Both the position numbers and the translations under genes were made by a program. Below, piece by piece: positions 1 to 14,870 of a DNA stretch of 64,000 nucleotides; positions within the stretch are counted from its first letter, which is position 1, and each line of letters begins with the position of its first letter. This DNA is from an uncultured Actinomycetes bacterium (GTDB taxonomy: Bacteria > Actinomycetota > Thermoleophilia > UBA2241). The stretch covers positions 352,001 to 416,000 of the forward strand of contig CAVPVX010000011.1 in assembly GCA_963709345.1 (NCBI GenBank). The letters are read 5' to 3'. The notes beneath the pieces are model-generated. The model was not told the DNA's origin, did no database searches, and saw nothing but the letters and a program-made list of their open reading frames with translations.

Positions 1-2
1 AC

Positions 3-506
3 GGCGACCACACCGGCGGCCTTGCCGCCGTCAAGGAGCACACCGGGGCTGAGGTCTGGATGCACCCGGCAGACGCGGCTGCCGTGCGCGAGGGCGTGCG
101 CCGGCGGGCGCTCGAGCCCGGGCCGGGTCTTGTGCGCACTGTGATCGCGCGCGCGATCGAGCGTCGGCCCGCCTCCGGCGAGGCGCCCGTCGCCGTCGAG
201 CACGAGGTCGAGGGCAGCGAGACGCTGCCGTTCGTCGGCCTTACGGCCGTGCATACGCCGGGGCACACGGCCGGGCACTTGGCGCTGCTGCTGCCCAGGG
301 ACGGCGGCGTGCTGTTCGCGGGCGACGCCGCCACCAACTTCGGTCGCCTCGGCGCCGGGCCGATCTACGAGGACGTCGCGGAGGGGCGGCGGAGCCTCGA
401 GAAGCTCGCCGCCCTGGACTTCGACGTCGCGCTCTTCTCGCACGGCCGGCCGATCCGCGGCGGGGCCAGCGAGCGCTTTCGTGCTCGCTGGGCGCCTCGC
501 GGCTGA
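3..506 (+). CDS. MBL-fold metallo-hydrolase (5' end outside window)
   Basis: Frame is open from the window edge (GDHTGG, end of the HxHxDH motif), followed by HTPGHT, FAGDA and FSHG motifs. Confidence 0.85.
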   Translation, partial: GDHTGGLAAVKEHTGAEVWMHPADAAAVREGVRRRALEPGPGLVRTVIARAIERRPASGEAPVAVEHEVEGSETLPFVGLTAVHTPGHTAGHLALLLPRDGGVLFAGDAATNFGRLGAGPIYEDVAEGRRSLEKLAALDFDVALFSHGRPIRGGASERFRARWAPRG

Positions 507-618
507 GGCGGCCGCGCACGCTTGGTCCACGGCCGGCGGCCTCGCGGTTGAGGCGTTCGCACCCGACCGGATTCCGGCCTGCCGCTGACGGTCGCTCAGT
601 TTGTCCAAGAATGGTGCG

Positions 619-646
619 TTGACGTCCGCATGGCGCGACGTATCGT
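619..646 (+). promoter_or_regulatory. Putative sigma-70 promoter for the dehydrogenase/SDR operon
   Basis: TTGACG-N16-TATCGT, about 270 nt upstream of the ATG at 918. Confidence 0.45.
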
Positions 647-699
647 GGGGCAACACGCGCCGCTTGGGGGTGCGCGAGTCTACCGGGGGAGGCGGTCTC

Positions 700-858
700 A
701 CGCGCAGCCGAGAAGGGAAGGCCTACCACATCCAAGCCACCATCGTTCGACGGCCGGGGGCTCTCGTCGTGCCGCTCCCGTTGGGCGACCACGTGCTCTT
801 CTACCTGCTCGCCGACGGTTGCGAGTGGGTCGCCAAGACCGGGTTCCGCGCAAAATAG
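700..858 (+). CDS. Putative 52-aa leader ORF, possibly ACG-initiated, or a decayed small gene
   Basis: GGAGG at 688-692 lies 7 nt before ACG 700; 42 of 51 following codons end in G/C; stop TAG at 856-858. Confidence 0.35.
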   Translation, partial: TRSREGKAYHIQATIVRRPGALVVPLPLGDHVLFYLLADGCEWVAKTGFRAK

Positions 859-917
859 GGCCCCAGCCGGCGCGCTCCGGCGTGGGGCGTCAGCAGTCAA
901 CCAGAAGCGGGGGGACC

Positions 918-2234
918 ATGAGAGTCCTTATCGTCGGCAGCGGCGGGGTGGGGGAATCCACGGCGGCGATCGCGAAGCGGCGGGATCCGGGCGGCGAGCT
1001 CTTCGAGAGGATGGTGCTGGCGGACTACGACCTGGCCAGGGCCCAGGCGGCGTCCGCCCGGATGGGCGACGAGAAGCGGTTCCCGGCCGAGCAGGTCGAC
1101 GCCGCCGACGTCGACGCGGTCGTCGCGCTGTGTGCGAAGTACGGCGTCGACGTGCTCTGCAGCTTCCTCCCGGTCGAGTTCAACCCGTACACGCTCCAGG
1201 CGGCGCTCAAGGCCGGGGTGCACCACATGGACGCGTCCACGACGTTGTCGGTGCCGCATCCCACCGACCCCTTCAACCAGGCCAACGTCGTCCTGGGTGA
1301 GACCGAGATCGCACTGAGCGCCGAGTTCGAGAAGATCGGCAAGCTGGGTCTCATGGGGATCGGTGTCGAGCCGGGCATGGCCGACTGGTATTGCCGCTAC
1401 GCCGCCGACCACTTCTTCGACGAGATCGACGAGATCGGCGTGCGCGACGGCGCCAACCTCGAGATCCCCGGCTTCAAGGGCATCAGCTTCGGCTTCTCGA
1501 TCTGGATGACGATCGAGGAGTGCACCAACCCCGCGGTCGTCTGGGAACGGGATCGCGGCTTCTACACGGTGCCGCCGCTCAGCGACCCGGAGCCGTTCTA
1601 CCTGCCGGAGGGCATCGGCTGGGTGGACGTCGCCCACGTGGAGCACGAAGAAGTCCTGCACGTCGGGTGGTTCGAGCATCTGCTCAAGGGCGTGAAGAAG
1701 GCGACCTTCAAGTACGCGCTGGGCGACGAGTTCATCCAGGCGATGGAGGTCTTCAAGTCGGTGAACATGCATTCGTTGAAGCCGGTGAGCATACGCGGCA
1801 GGGAGGTACGGCCGCGTGACGTGATCGAAGCGGCCGCGCCCGACCCCAACGAGATCGGCAAGCGCTACGTGGGGCAGACCTGCGCCGGGACCTGGGTGCG
1901 TGGGCGCAAGGACGGGCTGGAGCGCCAGGTCTACCTGTACCAGGTTGCCGACAACCAGGAGAGCGTGGCGCTCTACGGCACCCAGGGCGTGGTGGCGCAG
2001 ACGGCGTTCCCCGGGGTCATCGCCCTCGAGCTGCTGGCGACCGGCAAGCTCGCCGGCTACAAGGGCAACCCGGAGGCCGGCGTGTTCCCGGCGCAGGCGT
2101 TCACCTGCGACGACTTCGTCGCCGTGCAGAAGGAGTACGGGTTCCCCGGCGGCATGCTCGAGATGGACTCGGAGTACAAGCGGACGCTCGACCACGCCGG
2201 GTTCGTCGCGCCGGTCGCGGAGGCGGGCGCGTGA
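918..2234 (+). CDS. Saccharopine dehydrogenase family protein, carboxynorspermidine synthase-like
   Basis: Rossmann motif VGSGGVG, then GVEPG, FSIWMTIEEC and VEHEEV motifs; G-rich RBS before ATG 918. Confidence 0.85.
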   Translation: MRVLIVGSGGVGESTAAIAKRRDPGGELFERMVLADYDLARAQAASARMGDEKRFPAEQVDAADVDAVVALCAKYGVDVLCSFLPVEFNPYTLQAALKAGVHHMDASTTLSVPHPTDPFNQANVVLGETEIALSAEFEKIGKLGLMGIGVEPGMADWYCRYAADHFFDEIDEIGVRDGANLEIPGFKGISFGFSIWMTIEECTNPAVVWERDRGFYTVPPLSDPEPFYLPEGIGWVDVAHVEHEEVLHVGWFEHLLKGVKKATFKYALGDEFIQAMEVFKSVNMHSLKPVSIRGREVRPRDVIEAAAPDPNEIGKRYVGQTCAGTWVRGRKDGLERQVYLYQVADNQESVALYGTQGVVAQTAFPGVIALELLATGKLAGYKGNPEAGVFPAQAFTCDDFVAVQKEYGFPGGMLEMDSEYKRTLDHAGFVAPVAEAGA

Positions 2235-3080
2235 GCCCCGGCGGAGGCGTCGCCGGAGGCCGCGAGGCGGTCGGCGTGGCCGGAGGCCCGGGTACGGGCG
2301 GATCAGCCTGCCGCCGGTTTGAGGGAAGGGTCGCCCTGGTCACCGGCGGCGCCTCGGGCATCGGGCTGGCGACGGCGGAGCGGCTGCTGGAAGAGGGAGC
2401 CGTCGTCGTGATCGCCGACCTGGACGGCGAGGCGGGGGAGGCCGCGGCGGCCGCGCTCCGCGGCCGCGGCCTCGAGGCCGCCGAGGCCGCGCGCTGCGAC
2501 GTGACGCGCGGAGATCAGGTGAAGGCGCTCGTGGAGGGCGTCGTCACCCGCCACGAGCGCCTCGATGTGCTCTTCAACAACGCCGGCATCTTCGAGCCCG
2601 GCGAGGTCCACGAGGTCGACGAGGAGGCGTGGGACCGGCAGCTCGACGTCAATCTGCGCTCGGTCTACCTGGTCTCGCGCCACGTGGTGCCGGTGATGCT
2701 CGCGCAGGGGTCCGGCACCGTCGTCAACAACGCCTCCGTCGCGGCGCTGGTCGGCGACCGCAGCGCCGCCGCCTACTGCGCGAGCAAGGGCGGCGTCGGC
2801 CAGTTGACGAAGGCGATGGCGCTCGACTACGCCACGCGCGGCATCCGCGTCAACGCCATCTGCTGCGGCGAGATCGACACACCGCTGTTCGCGCGCGAGT
2901 CGTACCAGATCGGCATGACGCCCGACGTCGTACCGCGAGCTGCTGAACGAGGCGCACCCGATCGGCCGCATCGGCCTGCCCTCCGAGGCGGCTGCGGCGG
3001 TCGCGTTCCTGGCCAGCGACGACGCGAGCTTCGTCACCGGCGTGCTGCTGCCGGTCGACGGCGGCTACAGCGCCATCTGA
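2231..3080 (+). CDS. Short-chain dehydrogenase/reductase (frameshift near 2930, probably an assembly indel)
   Basis: [12 protein letters not shown] and YCASK motifs; the C-terminus (HPIGRIG...[17 protein letters not shown]) is in another frame ending at TGA 3078-3080. Confidence 0.85.
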
Positions 3081-3091
3081 GGAGGGACGGC

Positions 3092-3872
3092 ATGCGCGGA
3101 CTCAGAGGAAAGGTGGCCCTCGTCACCGGCGGCTCTTCGGGCCTCGGCGAGGCGATCGCGTACCGCCTGGCGGAAGAGGGTGTGAGCGTCGCCGTCGGCG
3201 GCCGGGACGCGGCGAAGGCGGAGGCCGTCGCCGCGCGGGCGGCGGCTCGCTCGCGCGAGCACGGGTACGAGCACGAGCACGCGGTCGTGCTGGGCGACGT
3301 CTCCGTCGTCGCCGACTGCGATCGCCTGGTCACGGAAACGCTGAGCGCTCTGGGTGGCCTCGACATCCTCGTCAACTCGGCCGGCGTCTGGCTCGAGAAG
3401 CCCATCCTCGACACCAGCGAGGCCGACTGGGACTGGTGCGTCGACATCTGCCTGAAGGGCACGTACTTCATGTGCAAGGCGGCGCTGCGGCACATGATCC
3501 CTCGGCGGCGGCGGCGTGATCGTCAACCTGGCGAGCGACTCGGGGATCCACGGCGAGCCGGGCGCGGCCGTGTACTCGGCGGCCAAGGCCGGCGTTGTCA
3601 TGATGACGCGAGCTCTCGCCATCGACCACGGTCCGGACGGCGTGCGCGTCTGCAGCGTGAGCCCCGCGATCTTCGACACGCCCATGCTGGCGAACGCCAT
3701 CGCTACCGCGTCCGACCCGGTCGCGTACACAGACGGTATGGAGGACGCGTACCCGCTCAAGCGGATCGGCCGCCCGGAGGAGCTGGCGGCGGCCGTGGCC
3801 TTCCTTGCCAGTGACGACGGCGGGTTCGTCACCGGTCGCACGCTGGTCGTCGACGGTGGCGTGACGGCCTGA
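3092..3872 (+). CDS. Short-chain dehydrogenase/reductase (frameshift near 3500)
   Basis: GGAGG RBS; TGGSSGLG and NSAG in the first frame; YSAAK and VTGRTLVVDGG in ORF 3516..3872. Confidence 0.85.
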
Positions 3873-3902
3873 CGGCCGCCGCTCCCGGCCTGCGCGGGCG
3901 CG

Positions 3903-4937
3903 TCAGTCTCCGGCGGCCACCAGATCGATCTCGGCGATCAGCTCGGCCTTGCGCTCCTGTGGCAGCAGCGAGGCCGTGATCGAGTTGCGCGCAAGCTGGG
4001 CCAGGTCGGCGCAGCTCAGGCCCAGCGCCTTCTGTACGGCGAGGTAGTTGTCCAGGAGGTAGCCGTCGAAGTAGGCGGGGTCGTCCGAGTTCACCGTGAC
4101 GACGAGGCCGGCGTCGAGCAGCTTCTTGAGCGGGTGCAGGGAGAGGTCGGGCGTCACCTGCAGCTCGAGGTTGCTGAGCGGGCACATCGTGAGCGGGATC
4201 TGGTCCTCGGCCAGGCGTCGCTGGAGGGCCGCGTCTCGGATCGCCGCGACTCCGTGGTCGATGCGGCGCACCTTGAGGATGTCGAGCGCCTCGACGATGT
4301 ACTCGGGCGGGCCCTCCTCGCCGGCGTGCGCGACAGCGATGAAGCCCGCCTTTCGGGCCTCTGAGAACACCTCGGTGAACTCGCTCGGCGGGTGCCCCAC
4401 TTCAGCGGAGTCGAGCCCGACCCCGGCGATCACGTCGCGGAAGGGAAGAGCCAGCTCGAGCATGTCCAGGGCCTCCGTCGCCGGCCTGTCGCGCAGGAAG
4501 CACATGATGAGGCGCCACGTGACCCCCCGCTCCACTTCGCCGTCCCGAAGCGCCCGGGTGATGCCGCCGACGAGGTCTCCGAACGGCACGCCCCGCGGCA
4601 CGTGGCTCTGCGGGTCGAAGAACACCTCGACGTGCCGGGCGCCGTCGGCGGCCGCCCGCCGAAGGTAGGCAGTCGTCAGGTCGTGGAAGTCCTGCTCGTT
4701 CACGAGCACCGCGACGCCCTCGTAGTAGATGTCGAGGAAGTGCTGGAGGTCGTTGAAGCGATAGCGCGCGCGGCACTCCTCAGCGGTGGCGCATTGAAGG
4801 GAGACCGCATTGCGACGGGCGAGCTCGATCAGCAGCTCCGGTTCCAGGGTCCCCTCGATGTGCACGTGGAGCTCCGCTTTGGGCAGACGGCGGATGAACT
4901 CGGCGGTGGCGTCGTGTGCGGCGTGTGCTTCGGACAC
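3903..4937 (-). CDS. add: Adenosine/adenine deaminase
   Basis: PKAELHVHIEG, HAGEEG, RIDHG, CPLSN and NSDDP motifs. Confidence 0.92.
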   Translation of the reverse strand: MSEAHAAHDATAEFIRRLPKAELHVHIEGTLEPELLIELARRNAVSLQCATAEECRARYRFNDLQHFLDIYYEGVAVLVNEQDFHDLTTAYLRRAAADGARHVEVFFDPQSHVPRGVPFGDLVGGITRALRDGEVERGVTWRLIMCFLRDRPATEALDMLELALPFRDVIAGVGLDSAEVGHPPSEFTEVFSEARKAGFIAVAHAGEEGPPEYIVEALDILKVRRIDHGVAAIRDAALQRRLAEDQIPLTMCPLSNLELQVTPDLSLHPLKKLLDAGLVVTVNSDDPAYFDGYLLDNYLAVQKALGLSCADLAQLARNSITASLLPQERKAELIAEIDLVAAGD

Positions 4938-5031
4938 GGATCCTCCCGGATGTCGGTTGACGTGCTTGTACCCACTCGGTCGGCTTACGGCACGGGCGGG
5001 CGCCGTCGCTTCCGGGTGGTACTGTCAACCG

Positions 5032-6294
5032 ATGGACTGGGGATGGATAGGCCGCGTGCTTCTGCTGCGACGCCGTGGCGCAGGGTCGCGGGTCACGGCG
5101 CGGCCCGCTGTCTTGCCGCTGCTGGTGGTCGCGGCGCTCGCCGCCGCCGTCTGCGGCTGCGGCGGCTCGCCCGGCGCGACCGGCGACGCCTCCGCCGCGT
5201 TTGCCGGCTCATCCGCCGCTCCGGTCGAGGCGAGCTCGTCTCCGGCGGTGACGAAGACGCCGGTCCCTGGCCGGACGCCGGCGAGCGGCTCCGGCGGCTC
5301 ATCGGCGGGCGCGGGCGGATCGGGGCCGGCGACACGCTTCGTCTTCGTCGACGTCGGTCAAGGCGACGCCGCCATCATCCGCAATGGTTCCTGGACCGGC
5401 CTCGTCGACGGCGGGCCGGCCGCGTCCGCCGGCGCCGTCTCCGCGGAGCTGGAGCGCCTCGGCGTGCGTCGCCTCGACACCGTCGTGGTCACGCACCTGC
5501 ACGCCGATCACACCGGCGGCCTGCCCGCGCTCATCGACCGCTACCGGCCGCGCCGCGCGCTGCTGGCCGCGACACCGGTGGGCGGCTTGGTCGCCGCCCT
5601 TCGCGGCGCCGGGACCGAGGTCGTCCAGGCCCGCCGCGGCATGACGTTTCGCTGCGGCTCGGCTCGCGCCCGGGTACTCAGCCCGGCCGCGCTGAGCGGC
5701 GACCCCAACGCCGACAGCATCGTTCTCCTCGTCAGCGCCGGGGGCCGGAGTATCCTCTTCACCGGAGACTGTACCGGGCCGAACGAGGAGGCCGTCGGGG
5801 AGATCTGCGCTCGCGGGCCTCCGGTCTATGCGCTCAAGGTCTCGCACCATGGCTCGCGCTACTCGACCACGACCGGGTTTCTCGCCGGCGCGCGGCCGCG
5901 GTTCGCGGTGATCAGCGTCGGACGCAACTCGTATGGCCATCCCTCGGCGGACGCCGTCGGGCGGCTCCGCCGCGACGGCGTGCGCATCTACAGTACGCGG
6001 CAGAACGGCACGGTGACGCTGACGATCGCGGCCGGCGGCGCCGCGACGTGGCGCTTCACCCGCTCGTCGAGCGCCCTGACGCGCGGAGTCGGGGCGGGCG
6101 GATCAGGTGGCGGAGCCGCCGCCTCGAGCACGTCCTCCACCACCGTCAACCCGACGGTGTACGTGACCGCCACCGGCGAGTGCTACCACCGTGGCAACTG
6201 CCGCTACCTCAGTTCGAGCCGGATCGCGATCAAGCTCGTTCTCGCCAAGGATCGCGGCTACCGGCCGTGCAGCGTCTGCGACCCGCCGCGCTGA
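5032..6294 (+). CDS. ComEC/Rec2-like MBL-fold exported protein with a C-terminal Cys/His metal-binding domain
   Basis: Signal/lipobox (AVCGC), DVGQGD, THLHADH, FTGD, KVSHHGS and NSYGHP motifs; C-terminal VYVTATGECYH..C..CSVC. Confidence 0.85.
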   Translation: MDWGWIGRVLLLRRRGAGSRVTARPAVLPLLVVAALAAAVCGCGGSPGATGDASAAFAGSSAAPVEASSSPAVTKTPVPGRTPASGSGGSSAGAGGSGPATRFVFVDVGQGDAAIIRNGSWTGLVDGGPAASAGAVSAELERLGVRRLDTVVVTHLHADHTGGLPALIDRYRPRRALLAATPVGGLVAALRGAGTEVVQARRGMTFRCGSARARVLSPAALSGDPNADSIVLLVSAGGRSILFTGDCTGPNEEAVGEICARGPPVYALKVSHHGSRYSTTTGFLAGARPRFAVISVGRNSYGHPSADAVGRLRRDGVRIYSTRQNGTVTLTIAAGGAATWRFTRSSSALTRGVGAGGSGGGAAASSTSSTTVNPTVYVTATGECYHRGNCRYLSSSRIAIKLVLAKDRGYRPCSVCDPPR

Positions 6295-6531
6295 ACACGT
6301 CATGCGGGGGCATCCGTGCGCACGGCGTCCACGACCTTGCGAGAGACGGCGACGTCCTGAGTGCCCAGTCCGTTGGCGGCGTCGCGCACGTGCACGTGAA
6401 GGACGCCGGCGCCGGCCCGCCGTGCCCTCCCGAGCGATGTCGTCCGGCGTGCCGGGGATGTACGGCGTCTGCCCGCGGTCGATGCGCGATCCGGTGAGGG
6501 TGGCGGTGATGATGACCGGTTTCTGGTCCAA
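6295..6531 (-). pseudogene. N-terminal fragment of a 3-keto-5-aminohexanoate cleavage enzyme (BKACE family)
   Basis: AAGGAG RBS and TTG start; KPVIITATLTG...PYIPGTPDDIA, then frameshifted GVLHVHVRD; truncated after about 75 codons. Confidence 0.7.
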
Positions 6532-6713
6532 CGGCTCCTTCCGGGGGGCTGTCGGGCACCCTACTGTACCGGCGGGAAGCGGCACGGTGTGCGCACGACG
6601 GCGCCGCTTCCGGTCGCCGGATTCAAGAGCCGGAGCCGTTGCCCCGATAGTACACATGGTGAGAGACCGGGAGGCAAGGCCGTGCGTCGGCCCTGGAGCG
6701 GAGCGTCGATGAC

Positions 6714-11647
<4,934 letters not shown>

Positions 11648-11651
<4 letters not shown>

Positions 11652-12562
11652 GGGTGCTGATCGCCGAAGACGATCCCACCTCCCGGCTGCTGCTCCGAAA
11701 GGTGCTCGAGAAGTGGGGGTACGAGGTCACCGTGACCGACAACGGGGCCGCCGCCTGGGAGATTCTGCGCACGGAGGACGGCCCGAGGCTGGCGGTCCTC
11801 GACTGGATGATGCCGGAGATGGACGGGGTGGAGGTGTGCCGGCGATGCCGCAGCCTGGAGACTCATCAGCCACCCTACATCATCCTGCTGACGGCCTTGG
11901 GCGACAAGGATCACGTGGTGACGGGGCTTGAGGCGGGAGCCGACGACTACGTCGGCAAGCCGTACGACCCTGCTGAGCTGCGCGCCCGGATCGATGTCGG
12001 GCGCCGGCTGGTCGAACTGAACGCGCAGCTCATCGAGACGCAACTCGCGCTGGAGGTGCAGGCCCATACCGACGCGCTCACCGGTTTGCTCAACCGCGGC
12101 GCGATCGTGGAGCGGCTCGAGGAGGAGCTGGAGCGTGACGCCCGGGAGGGTGGGGGACTGGGGGTCGGCATGCTCGACATCGACCACTTCAAGCTCGTCA
12201 ACGACACGCATGGGCACGCCGCCGGCGACGATGTCCTCTGTGCGCTGGCGCGGCGGCTGGAGTCGGTGCTCCGGCCCTACGACGCCTTGGGTCGATTCGG
12301 CGGAGAGGAGTTCCTCATCATCGTGCCGGGCGCGGGGCGGGCGGAACTGGCCGACCTGTTCGAGCGCATGTGCGCCGTGTCGGGCGGGGAGCCCTTCGAC
12401 GCCGCCGGCGAGGTGCTGAAGGTGACCGTCAGTATCGGCGCCGCCGCCCACGGCCGCGAGTCCGCCGACGAACTCATCGCTCGCGCCGACGATGCTCTCT
12501 ACGCGGCAAAGGAGCAGGGCAGGGACCGGGTCGTACTGGCAGCGGCGGCGACGCGCGGCTGA
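11648..12562 (+). CDS. Response regulator diguanylate cyclase (REC-GGDEF)
   Basis: AEDD...LDWMMP...KP receiver; DIDHFK, RPYD I-site and GGEEF; ATGA overlap with the kinase. Confidence 0.95.
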
Positions 12563-12612
12563 GCCGGATACTGAGGACCGCGGGGAATGCCGCACGGCCG
12601 GCGGCCGCCGGC

Positions 12613-13179
12613 CTAGCGCAGGGGGTGCCGCATGAAATACAGGGTCTCGGCGATCGAGGCGACGTCGAGGGCCGCCCGCCGCTGCCCGCGCTCGCGGTCG
12701 TGGATGCGCGCCACGATGGCCTCGCCGGTCAGCGGCACGAAGGCCGCACCCAGCTCGGCGAGGATGTGCTCACTCTCGTCCGTGGCGTCGCCGGGAAGCG
12801 GCGCGCGGAGCAGCGGGAGCTCGAGCGCCTGCGCGACCGCGAGCGACCAGAGGACCCACTCGTCCTCGAGTGTGCCGGGGCGGTAGAGGCAGAGAGCGCC
12901 GGCGCAGCGCCGCAGCCGCGCCAGGAGGCTGGCGCGGATGATCTCGCTGCGCGGACCGGTGAAGGGGGTGCTGGGTACGCCTTCATCGAGCGTCAGGCCG
13001 CCTGCGGCAGTCAACTGCGTCGTGAGCGGGCGCACCAAGGTGACGTCGCCGGCGGCGAACGTGAGGAAGATCTTCGTTTGACGCGCTGCAGACCGACGCA
13101 CAGAGGCTCCCGCTGGCTTCGTCCCATGTGTGCTATCGGCATGTTCGCGCCGCAACTGCAGGAACCTGTGTGATCTCAT
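12613..13179 (-). CDS. TIR-like (ThsB/DUF1863-type) domain protein lacking the catalytic Glu
   Basis: KIFLTF...D, PF....EIIR..L..RLRRC..ALCL..GT....WVLWSL...L.LPL follows the ThsB pattern, with S in place of E. Confidence 0.6.
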   Translation of the reverse strand: MRSHRFLQLRREHADSTHGTKPAGASVRRSAARQTKIFLTFAAGDVTLVRPLTTQLTAAGGLTLDEGVPSTPFTGPRSEIIRASLLARLRRCAGALCLYRPGTLEDEWVLWSLAVAQALELPLLRAPLPGDATDESEHILAELGAAFVPLTGEAIVARIHDRERGQRRAALDVASIAETLYFMRHPLR

Positions 13180-13681
13180 GAGGCGGAGCCGGTGTCGCCG
13201 TGGGGCGGGTCCGCCGTCGCTCTCAGCCGCCGGACAGGCCCACGTCGTAGAAGCGGCGCACGGAGGGCAGCATCGCGATGATCGCGATCAGCGCGCTGCC
13301 GAGGTCGCCGACGCCCCAAAATGGGCGTGAGCACCAGCAACGCTCAGGCGGAGAGCGGGCGGCGGAGCCGTTCGGGTGCGGGCGCGGGAACCTCCCGGGG
13401 CGCCGGGGACGCGGACGGCGCAAGCACGCCGCGTCACAAGGGGCGGCACGCCGGCCCGTCGAAGTAGGCGGCGGCACGCGCGAGGTGCTCGTCATGTTCA
13501 CGGCGAGCGGGACGTCGCCGGGCCGCTACACGGTGGCGGGCCTCGCGGCGTCCTCCGGCGTCGCCGCCGTGTGCTCGATCGTGCCGCTGCTCCGCCAGTG
13601 GCTCGGGGTATAAGCCCCGCCGGGCGGGGAATCGTGTCAGCATACGGCCCTGTTGAGGGGCCCTCGGGGGAGGAAGATGCC

Positions 13682-14484
13682 ATGCCGTACTGCCGTGACT
13701 GCGGAAAGCAGGTAGCCGAAGGGGCGCCGTACTGTCTGTCGTGCGGTGCGGCGCAGCCCAGCGGGCGGCGGAGCCGGCGGAGCCGGCGCAGCCGGCCGGA
13801 CCGCCGGCTCAGCAGCCGCCGGCCTCTCAGCCCCCGCCGCCCTACGTGGCTCCCCGGCAGCCGGCGGCGCCCGGGGCGCCGGCGGGCTGGCCTTCGGCGC
13901 CCGTCGGGTCGGCGCCGCCGCCGGACGAGGTGGAGCCGCCGCCGGTAGATGCGCCGCCCGCATACGGCACGCAGACGCAGGCGTATGTGCCTCCGGCCGG
14001 CGCATCCGCGGGAGCGGCTCCGCCGCCCGCGGCCACGGGCGGCGGGCTGCCCGGCTGGGCGCTGGCGCTCATCATCGTCGGCGTCGTCCTGCTGGTCGCC
14101 ATCCCCGTCGTCCTCGTCGTCGCGCCCTTCTTCCTCATCGGCAACATGGTCCAAGACGTGGCGCCGATCATCAACGAGCAGATCGACCTCTCCAGGGAGT
14201 CGTCCGTCCGCGATGGCGTGACTTCCATCCAGTCGGGCATCGAGGCGTGGGCTGCGGACCACAAGGGCAGATACCCCGCCCCCGTCCGGGTCAGCGCGGC
14301 CGGGCTGGTGACGCCGGATGGACTTAGCTACGTGGACCCCTGGCCCTCGAACCCGTATGCGGGCGGGGCGATGAGCCAGGGATCCGGCGCCGGTCAGTTC
14401 CTGTACGTGCGCGGCCCCAAAGGCGCCTCGTACTCGCTCACGGGATACGGCTCCGACGGGGGCGCGCTGATCACGGTTCCGTAG
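13682..14484 (+). CDS. Zinc-ribbon / Pro-rich / TM protein with a pilin-head-like extracellular domain (frameshift near 13760)
   Basis: MPYCRDCG...YCLSCG; ORF 13741..14484 carries a Pro-rich linker, a TM helix and YVDPWPSNPY...YSLTGYG. Confidence 0.7.
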
Positions 14485-14494
14485 CAGGCCCACC

Positions 14495-14870
14495 GTGAAG
14501 ACCTGCACGTCGTGTAATGGCGTGGTGGCCTCGGCGACGGCTCCCGGGAAGAGCAACCACCACGTGGCGAGCCCGATGATCTCAGTTCTGCTGACGATCA
14601 AGGCGGCGACCAGCGTGAAGGCGAAGAAGACGATCAAGGCCACCGGTTTCGCGCGCGCCGCCACGCCGACCTGCAAGGTCAAGGTGCTCATCCAGAAGAA
14701 GAACTCGCGCGGAAAGCGGGTCAACGTCACGACCGGGTCGGCCTTCCCGAATGCGACGAGGTCCGTCTGGTCGGTCTCGTTCAAGCCGCTCAAGAAGGGC
14801 AGCTGCCACATGCGGGCGAGCGTCCCCGCCGCGTCCGGCCACGGCCGGGTGACGACGGCTGCCCGCTACA
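14495..14870 (+). pseudogene. Fragment of an exported protein (CxxC motif plus Lys-rich beta domain), possibly a cytochrome remnant
   Basis: Coding-like codon usage and CTSCN; no RBS or signal peptide; runs into the convergent thioesterase gene. Confidence 0.3.

Noticed and set aside
2231-3814. 527-aa tandem SDR-SDR fusion in the ORF track
   Set aside because: Artefact of the indel near 2930. The first SDR has its own stop at 3080 and the second has its own RBS and ATG at 3092.
13223-13640. Short ORFs on both strands between the TIR-like and zinc-ribbon genes
   Set aside because: No RBS or recognisable motif, and the frames conflict; not enough support to call a feature.
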